Origin: Escherichia coli
GTDB taxonomy: Bacteria; Pseudomonadota; Gammaproteobacteria; Enterobacterales; Enterobacteriaceae
Reading direction: 5' to 3' (one strand)
Assembly (NCBI RefSeq): GCF_003790525.1
Contig: NZ_CP033635.1
DNA: 64,000 nt
The notes beneath the pieces are model-generated. The model was not told where the DNA came from. It worked only from the letters and a program-made list of their open reading frames with translations, and made no database searches. How positions within the stretch are numbered: position 1 is the first letter of the stretch; each line of letters begins with the position of its first letter. The position numbers were made by a program, and so were the translations under genes. Shown here piece after piece: positions 44,553-54,490 of the stretch.

Positions 44553-45146
44553 ATGAAACTGATCGTCGGGATGACAGGGGCTACCGGTGCGCCTCTTGGG
44601 GTGGCATTACTGCAAGCGCTGCGGGAGATGCCGAATGTCGAGACTCATCTGGTGATGTCGAAGTGGGCGAGAACCACCATTGAACTGGAAACGCCTTACA
44701 GCGCTCGCGATGTTGCTGCCCTCGCAGACTTCAGCCATAACCCGGCGGATCAGGCGGCGACCATCTCCTCAGGTTCCTTTCGTACCGACGGCATGATCGT
44801 TATTCCGTGCAGTATGAAAACGCTCGCCGGTATCCGTGCCGGTTACGCCGATGGCCTGGTGGGGCGCGCGGCGGACGTCGTGCTCAAAGAAGGCCGCAAA
44901 CTGGTGCTGGTGCCGCGTGAAATGCCGCTTAGCACAATCCATCTCGAAAATATGCTCGCACTTTCGCGCATGGGCGTGGCGATGGTGCCGCCGATGCCTG
45001 CCTTTTATAACCATCCCGAAACGGTAGATGACATTGTCCACCACGTGGTAGCCCGCGTGCTGGATCAATTTGGCCTCGAACATCCTCACGCCAGGCGCTG
45101 GCAAGGATTGCCGCAGGCCCGGAATTTTTCTCAGGAGAATGAATAA
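44553..45146 (+). CDS. ecdB: UbiX-family flavin prenyltransferase (aromatic acid decarboxylase B subunit)
   Basis: 197 aa; UbiX/Pad1-type N-terminus MKLIVGMTGATGA. Confidence 0.8.
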   Translation: MKLIVGMTGATGAPLGVALLQALREMPNVETHLVMSKWARTTIELETPYSARDVAALADFSHNPADQAATISSGSFRTDGMIVIPCSMKTLAGIRAGYADGLVGRAADVVLKEGRKLVLVPREMPLSTIHLENMLALSRMGVAMVPPMPAFYNHPETVDDIVHHVVARVLDQFGLEHPHARRWQGLPQARNFSQENE

Positions 45147-46573
45147 TGGCATTTGATGATTTACGCAGCTTTTTACAGGCGCTCGACGACCATGGGCAAT
45201 TGCTGAAAATCAGCGAAGAGGTGAACGCAGAACCGGATCTGGCAGCCGCAGCCAACGCCACCGGGCGTATCGGCGACGGCGCGCCCGCGCTGTGGTTTGA
45301 CAATATTCGCGGCTTTACCGATGCCCGCGTGGCGATGAACACCATCGGTTCCTGGCAGAACCACGCGATTTCCCTCGGCCTGCCGCCAAATACCCCGGTT
45401 AAAAAACAGATCGATGAGTTTATCCGCCGCTGGGACAACTTCCCGATAGCCCCGGAACGCCGAGCCAATCCAGCCTGGGCGCAGAACACCGTCGATGGCG
45501 AAAAGATTAACCTGTTCGATATCCTGCCGCTGTTTCGTTTAAACGACGGTGATGGCGGTTTCTATCTCGACAAAGCGTGCGTGGTTTCCCGCGATCCGCT
45601 CGACCCGGATAACTTCGGCAAGCAGAACGTCGGTATCTACCGCATGGAAGTGAAGGGCAAACGTAAGCTCGGCCTGCAACCGGTGCCGATGCACGATATC
45701 GCGCTGCATCTGCATAAAGCGGAAGAGCGCGGTGAAGATCTGCCGATTGCCATCACCCTCGGTAACGATCCGATCATCACCCTGATGGGGGCCACGCCGC
45801 TGAAATATGATCAGTCCGAGTACGAAATGGCGGGCGCGCTGCGCGAAAGTCCGTACCCGATTGCCACCGCCCCACTGACCGGTTTTGATGTACCCTGGGG
45901 CTCGGAAGTGATCCTCGAAGGGGTTATCGAAAGTCGTAAACGTGAAATCGAAGGGCCGTTCGGTGAGTTTACCGGGCACTACTCCGGCGGGCGCAACATG
46001 ACCGTGGTGCGCATCGATAACGTCTCTTATCGCAGCAAACCCATTTTTGAATCGCTCTATCTCGGGATGCCGTGGACGGAAATCGACTACCTGATGGGGC
46101 CAGCCACCTGCGTGCCGCTGTATCAGCAACTGAAAGCCGAGTTCCCGGAAGTGCAGGCGGTAAACGCCATGTACACCCACGGCCTGCTGGCGATTATCTC
46201 CACCAAAAAACGCTACGGTGGCTTTGCCCGCGCGGTGGGCCTCCGTGCGATGACCACGCCACACGGTCTGGGCTATGTGAAGATGGTGATTATGGTCGAT
46301 GAAGACGTTGATCCGTTCAACCTGCCGCAGGTGATGTGGGCGCTCTCTTCGAAAGTGAACCCGGCAGGGGATTTGGTGCAGTTGCCGAATATGTCCGTGC
46401 TGGAACTCGACCCTGGCTCAAGTCCGGCGGGGATCACCGACAAGCTGATTATCGACGCCACCACGCCTGTCGCCCCGGACAACCGTGGTCACTACAGTCA
46501 GCCGGTGGTGGATTTACCGGAAACCAAAGCCTGGGCTGAAAAACTGACCGCTATGCTGGCCGCACGTCAATAA
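45146..46573 (+). CDS. ecdC: UbiD-family aromatic acid decarboxylase (C subunit)
   Basis: 475 aa; UbiD-family size and sequence; start overlaps the upstream stop. Confidence 0.8.
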   Translation: MAFDDLRSFLQALDDHGQLLKISEEVNAEPDLAAAANATGRIGDGAPALWFDNIRGFTDARVAMNTIGSWQNHAISLGLPPNTPVKKQIDEFIRRWDNFPIAPERRANPAWAQNTVDGEKINLFDILPLFRLNDGDGGFYLDKACVVSRDPLDPDNFGKQNVGIYRMEVKGKRKLGLQPVPMHDIALHLHKAEERGEDLPIAITLGNDPIITLMGATPLKYDQSEYEMAGALRESPYPIATAPLTGFDVPWGSEVILEGVIESRKREIEGPFGEFTGHYSGGRNMTVVRIDNVSYRSKPIFESLYLGMPWTEIDYLMGPATCVPLYQQLKAEFPEVQAVNAMYTHGLLAIISTKKRYGGFARAVGLRAMTTPHGLGYVKMVIMVDEDVDPFNLPQVMWALSSKVNPAGDLVQLPNMSVLELDPGSSPAGITDKLIIDATTPVAPDNRGHYSQPVVDLPETKAWAEKLTAMLAARQ

Positions 46574-46583
46574 GGAGAACAAG

Positions 46584-46820
46584 ATGATTTGTCCACGTTG
46601 TGCTGATGAACAGATTGAAGTGATGGCGAAATCGCCGGTAAAAGATGTCTGGACGGTCTACCAGTGCCAGCATTGCCTCTATACCTGGCGCGATACCGAA
46701 CCGCTGCGCCGCACCAGCCGCGAACATTATCCCGAAGCGTTCCGCATGACGCAGAAAGATATTGATGACGCGCCGATGGTGCCGAGCATCCCGCCGCTGC
46801 TGGCGGAAGGTAAGTGTTAA
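46584..46820 (+). CDS. ecdD: decarboxylase small subunit (D subunit, zinc-ribbon-like)
   Basis: 78 aa; CPRC...CQHC motif; 10 bp after the UbiD-like gene. Confidence 0.75.
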   Translation: MICPRCADEQIEVMAKSPVKDVWTVYQCQHCLYTWRDTEPLRRTSREHYPEAFRMTQKDIDDAPMVPSIPPLLAEGKC

Positions 46821-46861
46821 TAAAAAAGTGCCGGGTAGAGGCTTTGCTTTACCCGGCCACG

Positions 46862-47518
46862 TTATTTAATTTTATAAAACGATAACCGTCTGCTTTCCGG
46901 CGAGCCGGTATCAATATAAACCTGATTGGCAAATGTCTGGATGTTATCAAACATCATATGTCCAAAGATAAAACAGTCGGCACCGTTTATTTCTTTTAAC
47001 TCTCCCTTGAATGATTTCTGCACGCGATCAACAGGCCAGAGTAATTCGCTTTCTGCTATTTCTTTACCAAACTGATATTCATCACCCGGATAATCCGCAT
47101 GTGCGATGACATATTTTATTCTGTCGTTAGTGATTTCAATAATATGTGGAAGATTATGAAAACGTAGCAACAGGTCTATTGCTTCTTTTTGTTCCGTATC
47201 ACTTAACTCAAAGAACCAGTCGCCACCGCTGGCAAGCCACATATTGCCATCGCCGGTCGCGAACGCATCCAACGCCATCGCTTCATGGTTGCCTTTAACC
47301 GATGTAAACCAGGGCTGGTTTAACAGGCGCAGCACGTTAAGACTCTCCGGCCCACGATCGATGTTATCGCCTACCGAAATAAGTAAGTCGGTTTCAGGGC
47401 AAAAAGAGAGTTGATGTAAGCGGGATTGTAATAATTGATAGTCACCATGAATATCACCAACGGCCCATATATGGCGATAGTGATGGACATTGATTTTTTG
47501 ATAGCGTGTAGATGGCAT
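46862..47518 (-). CDS. pphB: serine/threonine protein phosphatase 2
   Basis: 218 aa; metallophosphatase motifs GDIHG and GNHE. Confidence 0.85.
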   Translation of the reverse strand: MPSTRYQKINVHHYRHIWAVGDIHGDYQLLQSRLHQLSFCPETDLLISVGDNIDRGPESLNVLRLLNQPWFTSVKGNHEAMALDAFATGDGNMWLASGGDWFFELSDTEQKEAIDLLLRFHNLPHIIEITNDRIKYVIAHADYPGDEYQFGKEIAESELLWPVDRVQKSFKGELKEINGADCFIFGHMMFDNIQTFANQVYIDTGSPESRRLSFYKIK

Positions 47519-47590
47519 GGTTTTACCCTGTAAAATAAGATTTCCTATTATACAGGGTATTTTTATTTGATTCGTCAGTTGTCGTTAATA

Positions 47591-47617
47591 TTCCCGATAG
47601 CAAAAGACTATCGGGAA
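47591..47617 (-). terminator. hairpin downstream of mutS (candidate terminator)
   Basis: 10-bp stem TTCCCGATAG / CTATCGGGAA with 7-nt loop, 6 bp after the mutS stop; only a weak U tract follows. Confidence 0.35.
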
Positions 47618-47623
47618 TTGTTA

Positions 47624-50185
47624 TTACACCAGACTCTTCAAGCGATAAATCCACTCCAGCGCCTGACGCGGAGTGAGTGAATCTGGGTCCAGGTTTTCCA
47701 GTGCCTCGACCGCAGGCGAAGTTTCTTCCGGTACGGATAGCAAAGACATTTGTGTACCATCCACTTGCGTAGCAGCGGCGTTCGGCGAAATGCTTTCCAG
47801 CTCACGCAGTTTTTGCCGTGCGCGCTTAATAACCTCTTTTGGCACGCCTGCCAGCGCTGCAACCGCCAGGCCGTAGCTTTTGCTTGCCGCGCCATCCTGC
47901 ACGCTATGCATAAAGGCAATGGTGTCGCCGTGCTCCAGCGCATCGAGATGCACGTTGGCGACGCCTTCCATTTTCTCCGGCAGTTGGGTCAGCTCGAAAT
48001 AGTGGGTAGCAAACAGCGTCAACGCTTTGATCTTATTTGCCAGATTTTCCGCGCATGCCCACGCCAGCGACAGACCATCGTAAGTGGACGTTCCACGCCC
48101 AATCTCGTCCATCAACACCAGACTGTATTCGGTGGCGTTATGTAAAATATTGGCGGTTTCGGTCATCTCCACCATAAAGGTTGAACGTCCGGAAGCCAGA
48201 TCATCCGCGGCACCTACGCGGGTAAAGATGCGATCGATCGGGCCAATCTCGACTTTTTGCGCCGGTACGTAGCTGCCGATATAGGCCATCAGCGCAATCA
48301 ACGCGGTCTGGCGCATATAGGTACTTTTACCGCCCATGTTCGGACCGGTGATGATCAACATGCGGCGCTGCGGCGACAGGTTCAGCGGGTTGGCGATAAA
48401 CGGCTCATTCAGTACCTGTTCAACCACCGGATGGCGGCCTTCGGTAATGCGAATGCCAGGTTTATCAATAAAGGTCGGGCAGGTGTAGTTCAGGGTATAG
48501 GCCCGTTCCGCCAGGTTCACCAGCACGTCGAGTTCCGCCAGCGCGCTCGCGCTCTGTTGCAACGCTTCCAGATGCGGCAACAGCAAGTCGAACAGCTCTT
48601 CATAAAGTTGTTTTTCCAGAGCCAGTGCTTTGCCTTTTGAGGTGAGAACTTTATCTTCGTACTCTTTCAGCTCCGGAATAATGTAACGCTCGGCGTTTTT
48701 CAGCGTCTGGCGGCGCATGTAGTTAATCGGTGCCAGATGGCTTTGCCCACGGCTGATCTGAATGTAGTAGCCGTGCACTGCATTAAAGCCAACTTTCAGC
48801 GTGTCCAGGCCGGTACGTTCACGCTCGCGGACCTCCAGACGCTCCAGATAATCGGTCGCGCCGTCAGCCAGCGCGCGCCACTCATCCAGCTCTTCGTTAT
48901 AGCCCGGTGCGATAACACCACCGTCGCGTACCAGCACTGGCGGTGTGTCGATGATTGCTCGCTCCAGCAGATCGCGCAGCTCGGCAAACTCGCCCATTTT
49001 TTCACGCAGCGCCTGTACCGGAGCGCTATCGACATTTTCTAATAGTGCACGCAGCTCCGGCAGTTGCTGGAAAGCGTGACGCATACGGGCCAGATCGCGT
49101 GGGCGAGCAGTTCGTAAAGCCAGACGTGCCAGAATACGTTCCAGGTCGCCGACCTGACGCAGTACCGGCTGCAGCTCGGCGGTGAAATCCTGCAATGCGC
49201 CAATAGTTTGCTGGCGCTCAAGCAACACGCGGGTATCGCGCACTGGCATATGCAGCCAGCGTTTCAGCATACGGCTGCCCATCGGCGTGACGGTGCAGTC
49301 GAGCACAGAAGCCAGCGTATTTTCCGCACCACCCGCCAGATTCTGGGTGATTTCCAGATTACGACGCGTCGCGGCATCCATAATGATGCTGTCCTGCTCA
49401 CGTTCCATGGTGATAGAACGAATATGCGGCAGGGTCGTGCGTTGGGTATCTTTCGCATACTGCAACAGACAACCGGCAGCACAAAGTCCGCGCGGCGCGT
49501 TCTCGACGCCAAAACCGACCAGATCGCGAGTGCCAAATTGCAGATTCAACTGCTGGCGCGCGGTGTCGATTTCAAACTCCCACAGCGGGCGACGGCGCAG
49601 TCCGCGACGACCTTCAATCAGCGACATCTCGGCGAAATCTTCTGCATACAACAGCTCTGCCGGATTAGTGCGTTGCAGCTCTGCCGCCATCGTTTCGCGG
49701 TCAGCCGGTTCGCTCAGGCGAAAACGCCCGGAACTGATATCCAGCGTCGCGTAGCCGAAACCTTTGCTGTCCTGCCAGATAGCCGCCAGCAGGTTATCCT
49801 GACGCTCCTGCAACAGCGCTTCATCGCTGATGGTGCCCGGCGTAACGATACGCACAACTTTGCGCTCAACCGGACCTTTGCTGGTCGCCGGATCGCCAAT
49901 TTGTTCGCAGATGGCAACGGACTCGCCCTGATTCACCAGTTTGGCGAGGTAGTTTTCCACCGCATGGTAGGGGATCCCCGCCATCGGGATCGGCTCTCCC
50001 GCTGAAGCACCGCGTTTGGTCAGTGAAATATCCAGCAGTTGCGAGGCGCGTTTTGCATCGTCATAAAATAGTTCATAAAAATCACCCATCCGGTAAAACA
50101 GCAGGATCTCGGGATGCTGGGCTTTCAGCTTGAGATATTGCTGCATCATGGGCGTATGGGCATCGAAATTTTCTATTGCACTCAT
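47624..50185 (-). CDS. mutS: DNA mismatch repair protein MutS
   Basis: 853 aa; [22 protein letters not shown]-terminus; Walker [10 protein letters not shown]. Confidence 0.95.
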   Translation of the reverse strand: MSAIENFDAHTPMMQQYLKLKAQHPEILLFYRMGDFYELFYDDAKRASQLLDISLTKRGASAGEPIPMAGIPYHAVENYLAKLVNQGESVAICEQIGDPATSKGPVERKVVRIVTPGTISDEALLQERQDNLLAAIWQDSKGFGYATLDISSGRFRLSEPADRETMAAELQRTNPAELLYAEDFAEMSLIEGRRGLRRRPLWEFEIDTARQQLNLQFGTRDLVGFGVENAPRGLCAAGCLLQYAKDTQRTTLPHIRSITMEREQDSIIMDAATRRNLEITQNLAGGAENTLASVLDCTVTPMGSRMLKRWLHMPVRDTRVLLERQQTIGALQDFTAELQPVLRQVGDLERILARLALRTARPRDLARMRHAFQQLPELRALLENVDSAPVQALREKMGEFAELRDLLERAIIDTPPVLVRDGGVIAPGYNEELDEWRALADGATDYLERLEVRERERTGLDTLKVGFNAVHGYYIQISRGQSHLAPINYMRRQTLKNAERYIIPELKEYEDKVLTSKGKALALEKQLYEELFDLLLPHLEALQQSASALAELDVLVNLAERAYTLNYTCPTFIDKPGIRITEGRHPVVEQVLNEPFIANPLNLSPQRRMLIITGPNMGGKSTYMRQTALIALMAYIGSYVPAQKVEIGPIDRIFTRVGAADDLASGRSTFMVEMTETANILHNATEYSLVLMDEIGRGTSTYDGLSLAWACAENLANKIKALTLFATHYFELTQLPEKMEGVANVHLDALEHGDTIAFMHSVQDGAASKSYGLAVAALAGVPKEVIKRARQKLRELESISPNAAATQVDGTQMSLLSVPEETSPAVEALENLDPDSLTPRQALEWIYRLKSLV

Positions 50186-50431
50186 GGGGTTATGTCCGGT
50201 TCCCTGATATTAAATGGGGTGTGATGGTTTTTATTTTCGTTGTAATCACATAAGGCGCACATGATACCGGAGTTAATCATTTCAGGGGAAGAAGCGAACG
50301 GCGAGTTCTTGATGGTGATTCCGGGAAAGATGCTGTTTTGCAGCTTTTGCGTGATGCTTATGAAGCAAGTACGCAAAATTGCGTCGGTTGAATAAACCTC
50401 CTCCTTCAGAGCCATAGTCCCCTTTCAAATT

Positions 50432-50454
50432 AAGTTGTAATATAAATACACCTT
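50432..50454. promoter_or_regulatory. NsrR-like operator candidate upstream of ygbA
   Basis: AAGTTGTAATATAAATACACCTT: 11-1-11 imperfect inverted repeat whose right half resembles the NsrR half-site AAATACATCTT; 18 bp before the ygbA ATG. Confidence 0.35.
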
Positions 50455-50471
50455 AAGAGTATGGAGGCAGC

Positions 50472-50816
50472 ATGTCCGGCAAGCGTATCTCTCGTGAAAA
50501 ACTGACGATTAAAAAAATGATCGATCTTTATCAAGCGAAATGCCCGCAGGCGTCAGCGGAGCCGGAGCATTACGACGCGCTGTTTGCCTACGCGCAAAAG
50601 CGGCTGGATAAATGTGTGTTCGGCGAAGAGAAACCAGCCTGTAAGCAGTGTCCGGTGCACTGTTACCAGCCAGCAAAGCGTGAAGAGATGAAACAGATTA
50701 TGCGTTGGGCCGGGCCGCGAATGCTGTGGCGTCATCCGATCTTAACCGTGCGTCATCTCATCGATGACAAGCGTCCGGTGCCGGAGTTGCCAGAAAAATA
50801 TCGTCCAAAGAAATAA
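50472..50816 (+). CDS. ygbA: conserved protein YgbA
   Basis: 114 aa; cysteine-rich (CPQ...CKQCPVHC). Confidence 0.8.
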   Translation: MSGKRISREKLTIKKMIDLYQAKCPQASAEPEHYDALFAYAQKRLDKCVFGEEKPACKQCPVHCYQPAKREEMKQIMRWAGPRMLWRHPILTVRHLIDDKRPVPELPEKYRPKK

Positions 50817-50820
50817 ATCT

Positions 50821-50843
50821 GCCGGAGAGCCATACTCTCCGGC
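50821..50843 (-). terminator. hairpin between convergent ygbA and the Mop-like gene
   Basis: 9-bp stem GCCGGAGAG / CTCTCCGGC with 5-nt loop; a U-rich tract follows only on the minus-strand transcript. Confidence 0.45.
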
Positions 50844-50854
50844 AAATAAGGCGT

Positions 50855-51283
50855 TTACGCTTTGGTGGCAATCAGGATGGCTGATGCTTTGATCAATGCA
50901 ATAACGCGCGAGCCAGTGGTGAGTTTCATTTCATCCTGACTTTCATTTGTTACCACTGCCACAATTTCAAAACCCGCATCCGTTTTGATATGGACAGTGG
51001 CGTTCACTGCGCCTTCGGTGATTGTCGACACGCTGCCAGCAAACTGGTTGCGAGCAGAGAATTTCAGTCCACAGTCTTCCGTTGCCAGTGTTACCCACGG
51101 GGCTTTAATCAGGGCAATCGCTTCTTTCCCTTTTGCCAGACCAAGAGCCTGCTGGCTGCTGTGTGTAACAATTGCCACCAGCTTTGCACCACCTGCCAGC
51201 GTCAGTTCTACTTCATCATTCACAGCGCCCATTGCTACTGCGCTAACTGTTCCGGTTAATTGATTTCTTGCTGAAACTGCCAT
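50855..51283 (-). CDS. tandem Mop/TOBE-domain molybdate-binding protein
   Basis: Start taken at MAVSARNQLTG with AAAGGAGG just upstream; two about 70-aa repeats each with an SARN-type opening and ALIKA motif; 45 bp downstream of fhlA on the same strand. Confidence 0.65.
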   Translation of the reverse strand: MAVSARNQLTGTVSAVAMGAVNDEVELTLAGGAKLVAIVTHSSQQALGLAKGKEAIALIKAPWVTLATEDCGLKFSARNQFAGSVSTITEGAVNATVHIKTDAGFEIVAVVTNESQDEMKLTTGSRVIALIKASAILIATKA

Positions 51284-51327
51284 ACTGCCTCCTTTCATTG
51301 AATGTTGATCGAGTATAACCACATCTG

Positions 51328-53406
51328 TTAAATCAATGCCGATTTATCAATTCCCAGTCGCTTCATCCGTGACAGCAGAGTCGTGCGTTTCAGCCCCAGA
51401 CGTTGCGCAGCGCCTTTAGGCCCGGCAACCACGCCGTTTGTTTCTTTCAGCACGCGAACAATCAACTGATATTCATCTTCGCCCTCCTGGGCGACAACCG
51501 TTGCGGCAGGCGGCGTTTCAGGTTCTGGTAAAGCAATATCTGGCAATGACAGCTGCAGCACGTTGCCGCGTGTTAGCAATACCGCGCGCTCGATGACGTT
51601 TTCCAGCTCACGCACGTTGCCCGGCCATTCCATGTTGCTCAGGATGCGCAGCGTCTCGGCAGGAATGCTGTCGATATTGCGCCCCAGACGACGGGCAATT
51701 TTGAAGGTAAAGGCTTTCGCCAGCAGCGGAATATCTTCCGGACGCTCGCGTAGTGGCGGCAGGTGGATCGGGAATACGTTCAGGCGGTAATAGAGATCAC
51801 TACGGAACTCTCGGTCGGCGACCATTTTTTTCAGATCGCGGTTAGTCGCGGCAATTAAACGTACGTCCGTCTGAATGATTTTGTTGCTGCCGAGGCGTTC
51901 AAACTCCTGTTCCTGTAATACACGCAGCAACTTCGGCTGTAACTCCAGCGGCATATCGCCCACTTCGTCGAGGAACAGGGAGCTTTTATCCGCCAGTTCA
52001 AAACGACCAATGCGCTGGGCGCTGGCACCGGTAAAAGCCCCACGCTCATGACCAAACAGATCGCTCTCCAGCAATCCGGCAGGCATCGCCGCGCAGTTCA
52101 TTTTTACCATGCGGCGATTATTACGCCCACTGAGATTATGGATAGCACGGGCAATCAGCTCTTTACCCGTGCCAGTTTCACCGAGGATCAGCACGGTACT
52201 GTCACTTTGCGCCACCATTTCAACTTGTTTAAGCACGCTGTACATGGCTTCGCTGCGGCCAATAATCTCGCCAAATTCACTATCAACATTGTTGAGCTGC
52301 TCGGTCAGGGCGAGGTTTTCATCAACCAGCCGTTCTTTCAGACGATGGATTTCCTGATAGGCGAGGGCGTTATCGACAGCGATTGCCACACGTTCGGCAA
52401 TCTGGCGCAGTAAATTCAGATTGGTAGTGGTAAACACTTTCTCTTCGCATTGCGCCAGTTTCAGCACGCCCAGCATGGTGTCGCCAGACATCAGCGGTAA
52501 CAGGCACAAGGTTTGAATCTGGTTGCCCCAGGTGTCGAACAACATGCGTTCATAGGGGGCTAAATCGTCCCGCTCGTGGAGATTAATCAACAGCATCTCT
52601 TTACTTTTGAAGACGCGTTCGGTGAGGGTTCCGGCTTCATCGACTTCGCTCTGTTCGTGGGCGGGATGCTGTTTATCAAGATAGTGAGTGGAGTAGATGT
52701 TGAGTTTGTTTTTACGGTGGCTGCGTAAGACGATGCTGATATCGTCAATGTCGAAGTAGTAATGGATTTCTTTGGCGACTTCGCTGACCAGTTCGTCCAT
52801 ATCCAGGCGGGAAAGCACCGCGTTGGTAATGGCAACCAGGATGCGGAAGTTATCGCGCTCCCGGCATAACAACTCATAGTCGACATTGTTAACGACGCGG
52901 CTCTGGATTTGTTCGGTGACGACCGAAACGATCTGCGTAAATGTTTGCAGACGATTGAACTCTTTTTCGCTCCAGGGGCGATCGTCATAACGAATAAATT
53001 CACAGCCACCAAAAATATGCCCTTCCGCCGCCAGTGGCATCAGGCAATAGTGACCAAATTTGGGGTATAGTCCACCTGCGGCCAGCTGCGGCCAGGTTTC
53101 ACAAAATTCTTCGTAACTGCAATGCAGCGTATCAGGGCGCGACAAAATGCTGCGTACCGGACCGTGTGCCAGAACAGTTTCGTCTTCATATTTAATGGGG
53201 GTGTCTTTTTCACGCGACGCGTAATAAGACGCACGTTGAGTCTGCGCTTGCCACAACACAATAGCCGCGTTGTCGGCGAGCGCAGAACGCTTTACCAGTT
53301 GCGAAAGAGCCTCACACAGCGAGGCCAGATCGGGCTGCTGCAATAGTGTCCGAGTGATGTCGAACAACCCTTGTTGTCCGAGATCACTCATCGGTGTATA
53401 TGACAT
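51328..53406 (-). CDS. fhlA: formate hydrogenlyase transcriptional activator (sigma-54 enhancer-binding protein)
   Basis: Start taken at MSYTPMSDLGQQ (692 aa); AAA+ sigma-54 activator motifs GETGTGKE and GAFTGA; C-terminal HTH. Confidence 0.9.
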   Translation of the reverse strand: MSYTPMSDLGQQGLFDITRTLLQQPDLASLCEALSQLVKRSALADNAAIVLWQAQTQRASYYASREKDTPIKYEDETVLAHGPVRSILSRPDTLHCSYEEFCETWPQLAAGGLYPKFGHYCLMPLAAEGHIFGGCEFIRYDDRPWSEKEFNRLQTFTQIVSVVTEQIQSRVVNNVDYELLCRERDNFRILVAITNAVLSRLDMDELVSEVAKEIHYYFDIDDISIVLRSHRKNKLNIYSTHYLDKQHPAHEQSEVDEAGTLTERVFKSKEMLLINLHERDDLAPYERMLFDTWGNQIQTLCLLPLMSGDTMLGVLKLAQCEEKVFTTTNLNLLRQIAERVAIAVDNALAYQEIHRLKERLVDENLALTEQLNNVDSEFGEIIGRSEAMYSVLKQVEMVAQSDSTVLILGETGTGKELIARAIHNLSGRNNRRMVKMNCAAMPAGLLESDLFGHERGAFTGASAQRIGRFELADKSSLFLDEVGDMPLELQPKLLRVLQEQEFERLGSNKIIQTDVRLIAATNRDLKKMVADREFRSDLYYRLNVFPIHLPPLRERPEDIPLLAKAFTFKIARRLGRNIDSIPAETLRILSNMEWPGNVRELENVIERAVLLTRGNVLQLSLPDIALPEPETPPAATVVAQEGEDEYQLIVRVLKETNGVVAGPKGAAQRLGLKRTTLLSRMKRLGIDKSALI

Positions 53407-53479
53407 TTTGTTCTTCCAGGAAAGCACCGCAAAGCGGTGCAAAAGGTCATTGACTAACTATAGGAGATTTAGAATTTTA

Positions 53480-54490
53480 TTAGCATATACGCGGAAGCGG
53501 TTCGGCGTGTGGTAAATCGAGGGTTCGTTTCACGCCATACAGACCGGCAAGACGAACACCTTTACGTTCCACCACTTCACCAATCAGCGCCGCGTCTTTC
53601 CCCAGTGGATGGGAATGTAACGCTGCCAGCACTTGCTCTGCCGCGTTGCGTTCAACGGCGATCACCAGTTTGCCTTCGTTGGCAAAGTTAAGGGCGTCCA
53701 GTCCCAGCAGCTCGCAAACGCCACGCACAGCAGGTTTAACCGGCAGTGCCGCTTCTGAAAGTTCAATACCACAACCGCAGGCTGCCGCGAACTCATGTAC
53801 CACCGCGTTTACACCACCACGGGTGGCATCACGCAGCGCTTTCACGCCGGGAATGTCACGCAGCGTCTGAATAAGCGGCGTTAGTACCGCACAGTCGCTG
53901 ACCAGTTCGCCATCCAGCCCCAGCTGCTCACGCAGGTTAAGGATAGTCGCCCCGTGGTCGCCGAGAGTTCCACTCACCAGCAGAACATCGCCTGCGGTTA
54001 GCGTTTGTGCGCCCCAGTGAATATTCGCCGGAATTGCGCCCATGCCAGCGGTGTTGATAAACAGTTTATCTGCCGCGCCGCGCTGCACCACTTTAGTGTC
54101 GCCAGTAACGATGGCAATGCCTGCCGCGCGGGCGGTTTCTGCCATGCTGGTCACTACGGCTTTCAGTGTCTCCATCGGCAATCCTTCTTCGAGGATAAAG
54201 CCACAGGAGAGATAGCGCGGAATAGCGCCACTGACCGCAACGTCATTCGCGGTGCCGCAAATCGCCAGCTTGCCGATATTACCGCCAGGGAAGAACAGCG
54301 GGTCAATAACGTAACTGTCGGTGGAGAACGCCAGACGGTCGCCTTCCGCTACCAGCTGCGCCAGATCAAGACGTGCCTGATCTTCCTGCTCTGCCAGCCA
54401 CGGGTTGGCAAAGGCTTCCATAAACAGGCTGTTGATTAATTGCTGCATCGCCTGGCCGCCGCTACCGTGGGCGAGTTGGATATTATTCAC
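53480..54490 (-). CDS. hypE: hydrogenase maturation protein HypE
   Basis: 336 aa; PurM-like fold; position in the hyp operon. Confidence 0.9.
   Translation of the reverse strand: MNNIQLAHGSGGQAMQQLINSLFMEAFANPWLAEQEDQARLDLAQLVAEGDRLAFSTDSYVIDPLFFPGGNIGKLAICGTANDVAVSGAIPRYLSCGFILEEGLPMETLKAVVTSMAETARAAGIAIVTGDTKVVQRGAADKLFINTAGMGAIPANIHWGAQTLTAGDVLLVSGTLGDHGATILNLREQLGLDGELVSDCAVLTPLIQTLRDIPGVKALRDATRGGVNAVVHEFAAACGCGIELSEAALPVKPAVRGVCELLGLDALNFANEGKLVIAVERNAAEQVLAALHSHPLGKDAALIGEVVERKGVRLAGLYGVKRTLDLPHAEPLPRIC

Noticed and set aside
45539-46264. 241-aa minus-strand ORF inside the UbiD-like gene
   Set aside because: Antisense to the decarboxylase gene, with a histidine and arginine-rich product typical of a non-coding frame.
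47525-47570. Plus-strand hairpin plus T tract near pphB, read as a terminator
   Set aside because: No plus-strand gene lies upstream (mutS and pphB are both on the minus strand), so it is not called a terminator; kept only as a structural observation in the findings.
49208-50005. 265-aa plus-strand ORF inside mutS (also 49182-49754)
   Set aside because: Antisense to mutS; arginine-rich, no ribosome-binding site.
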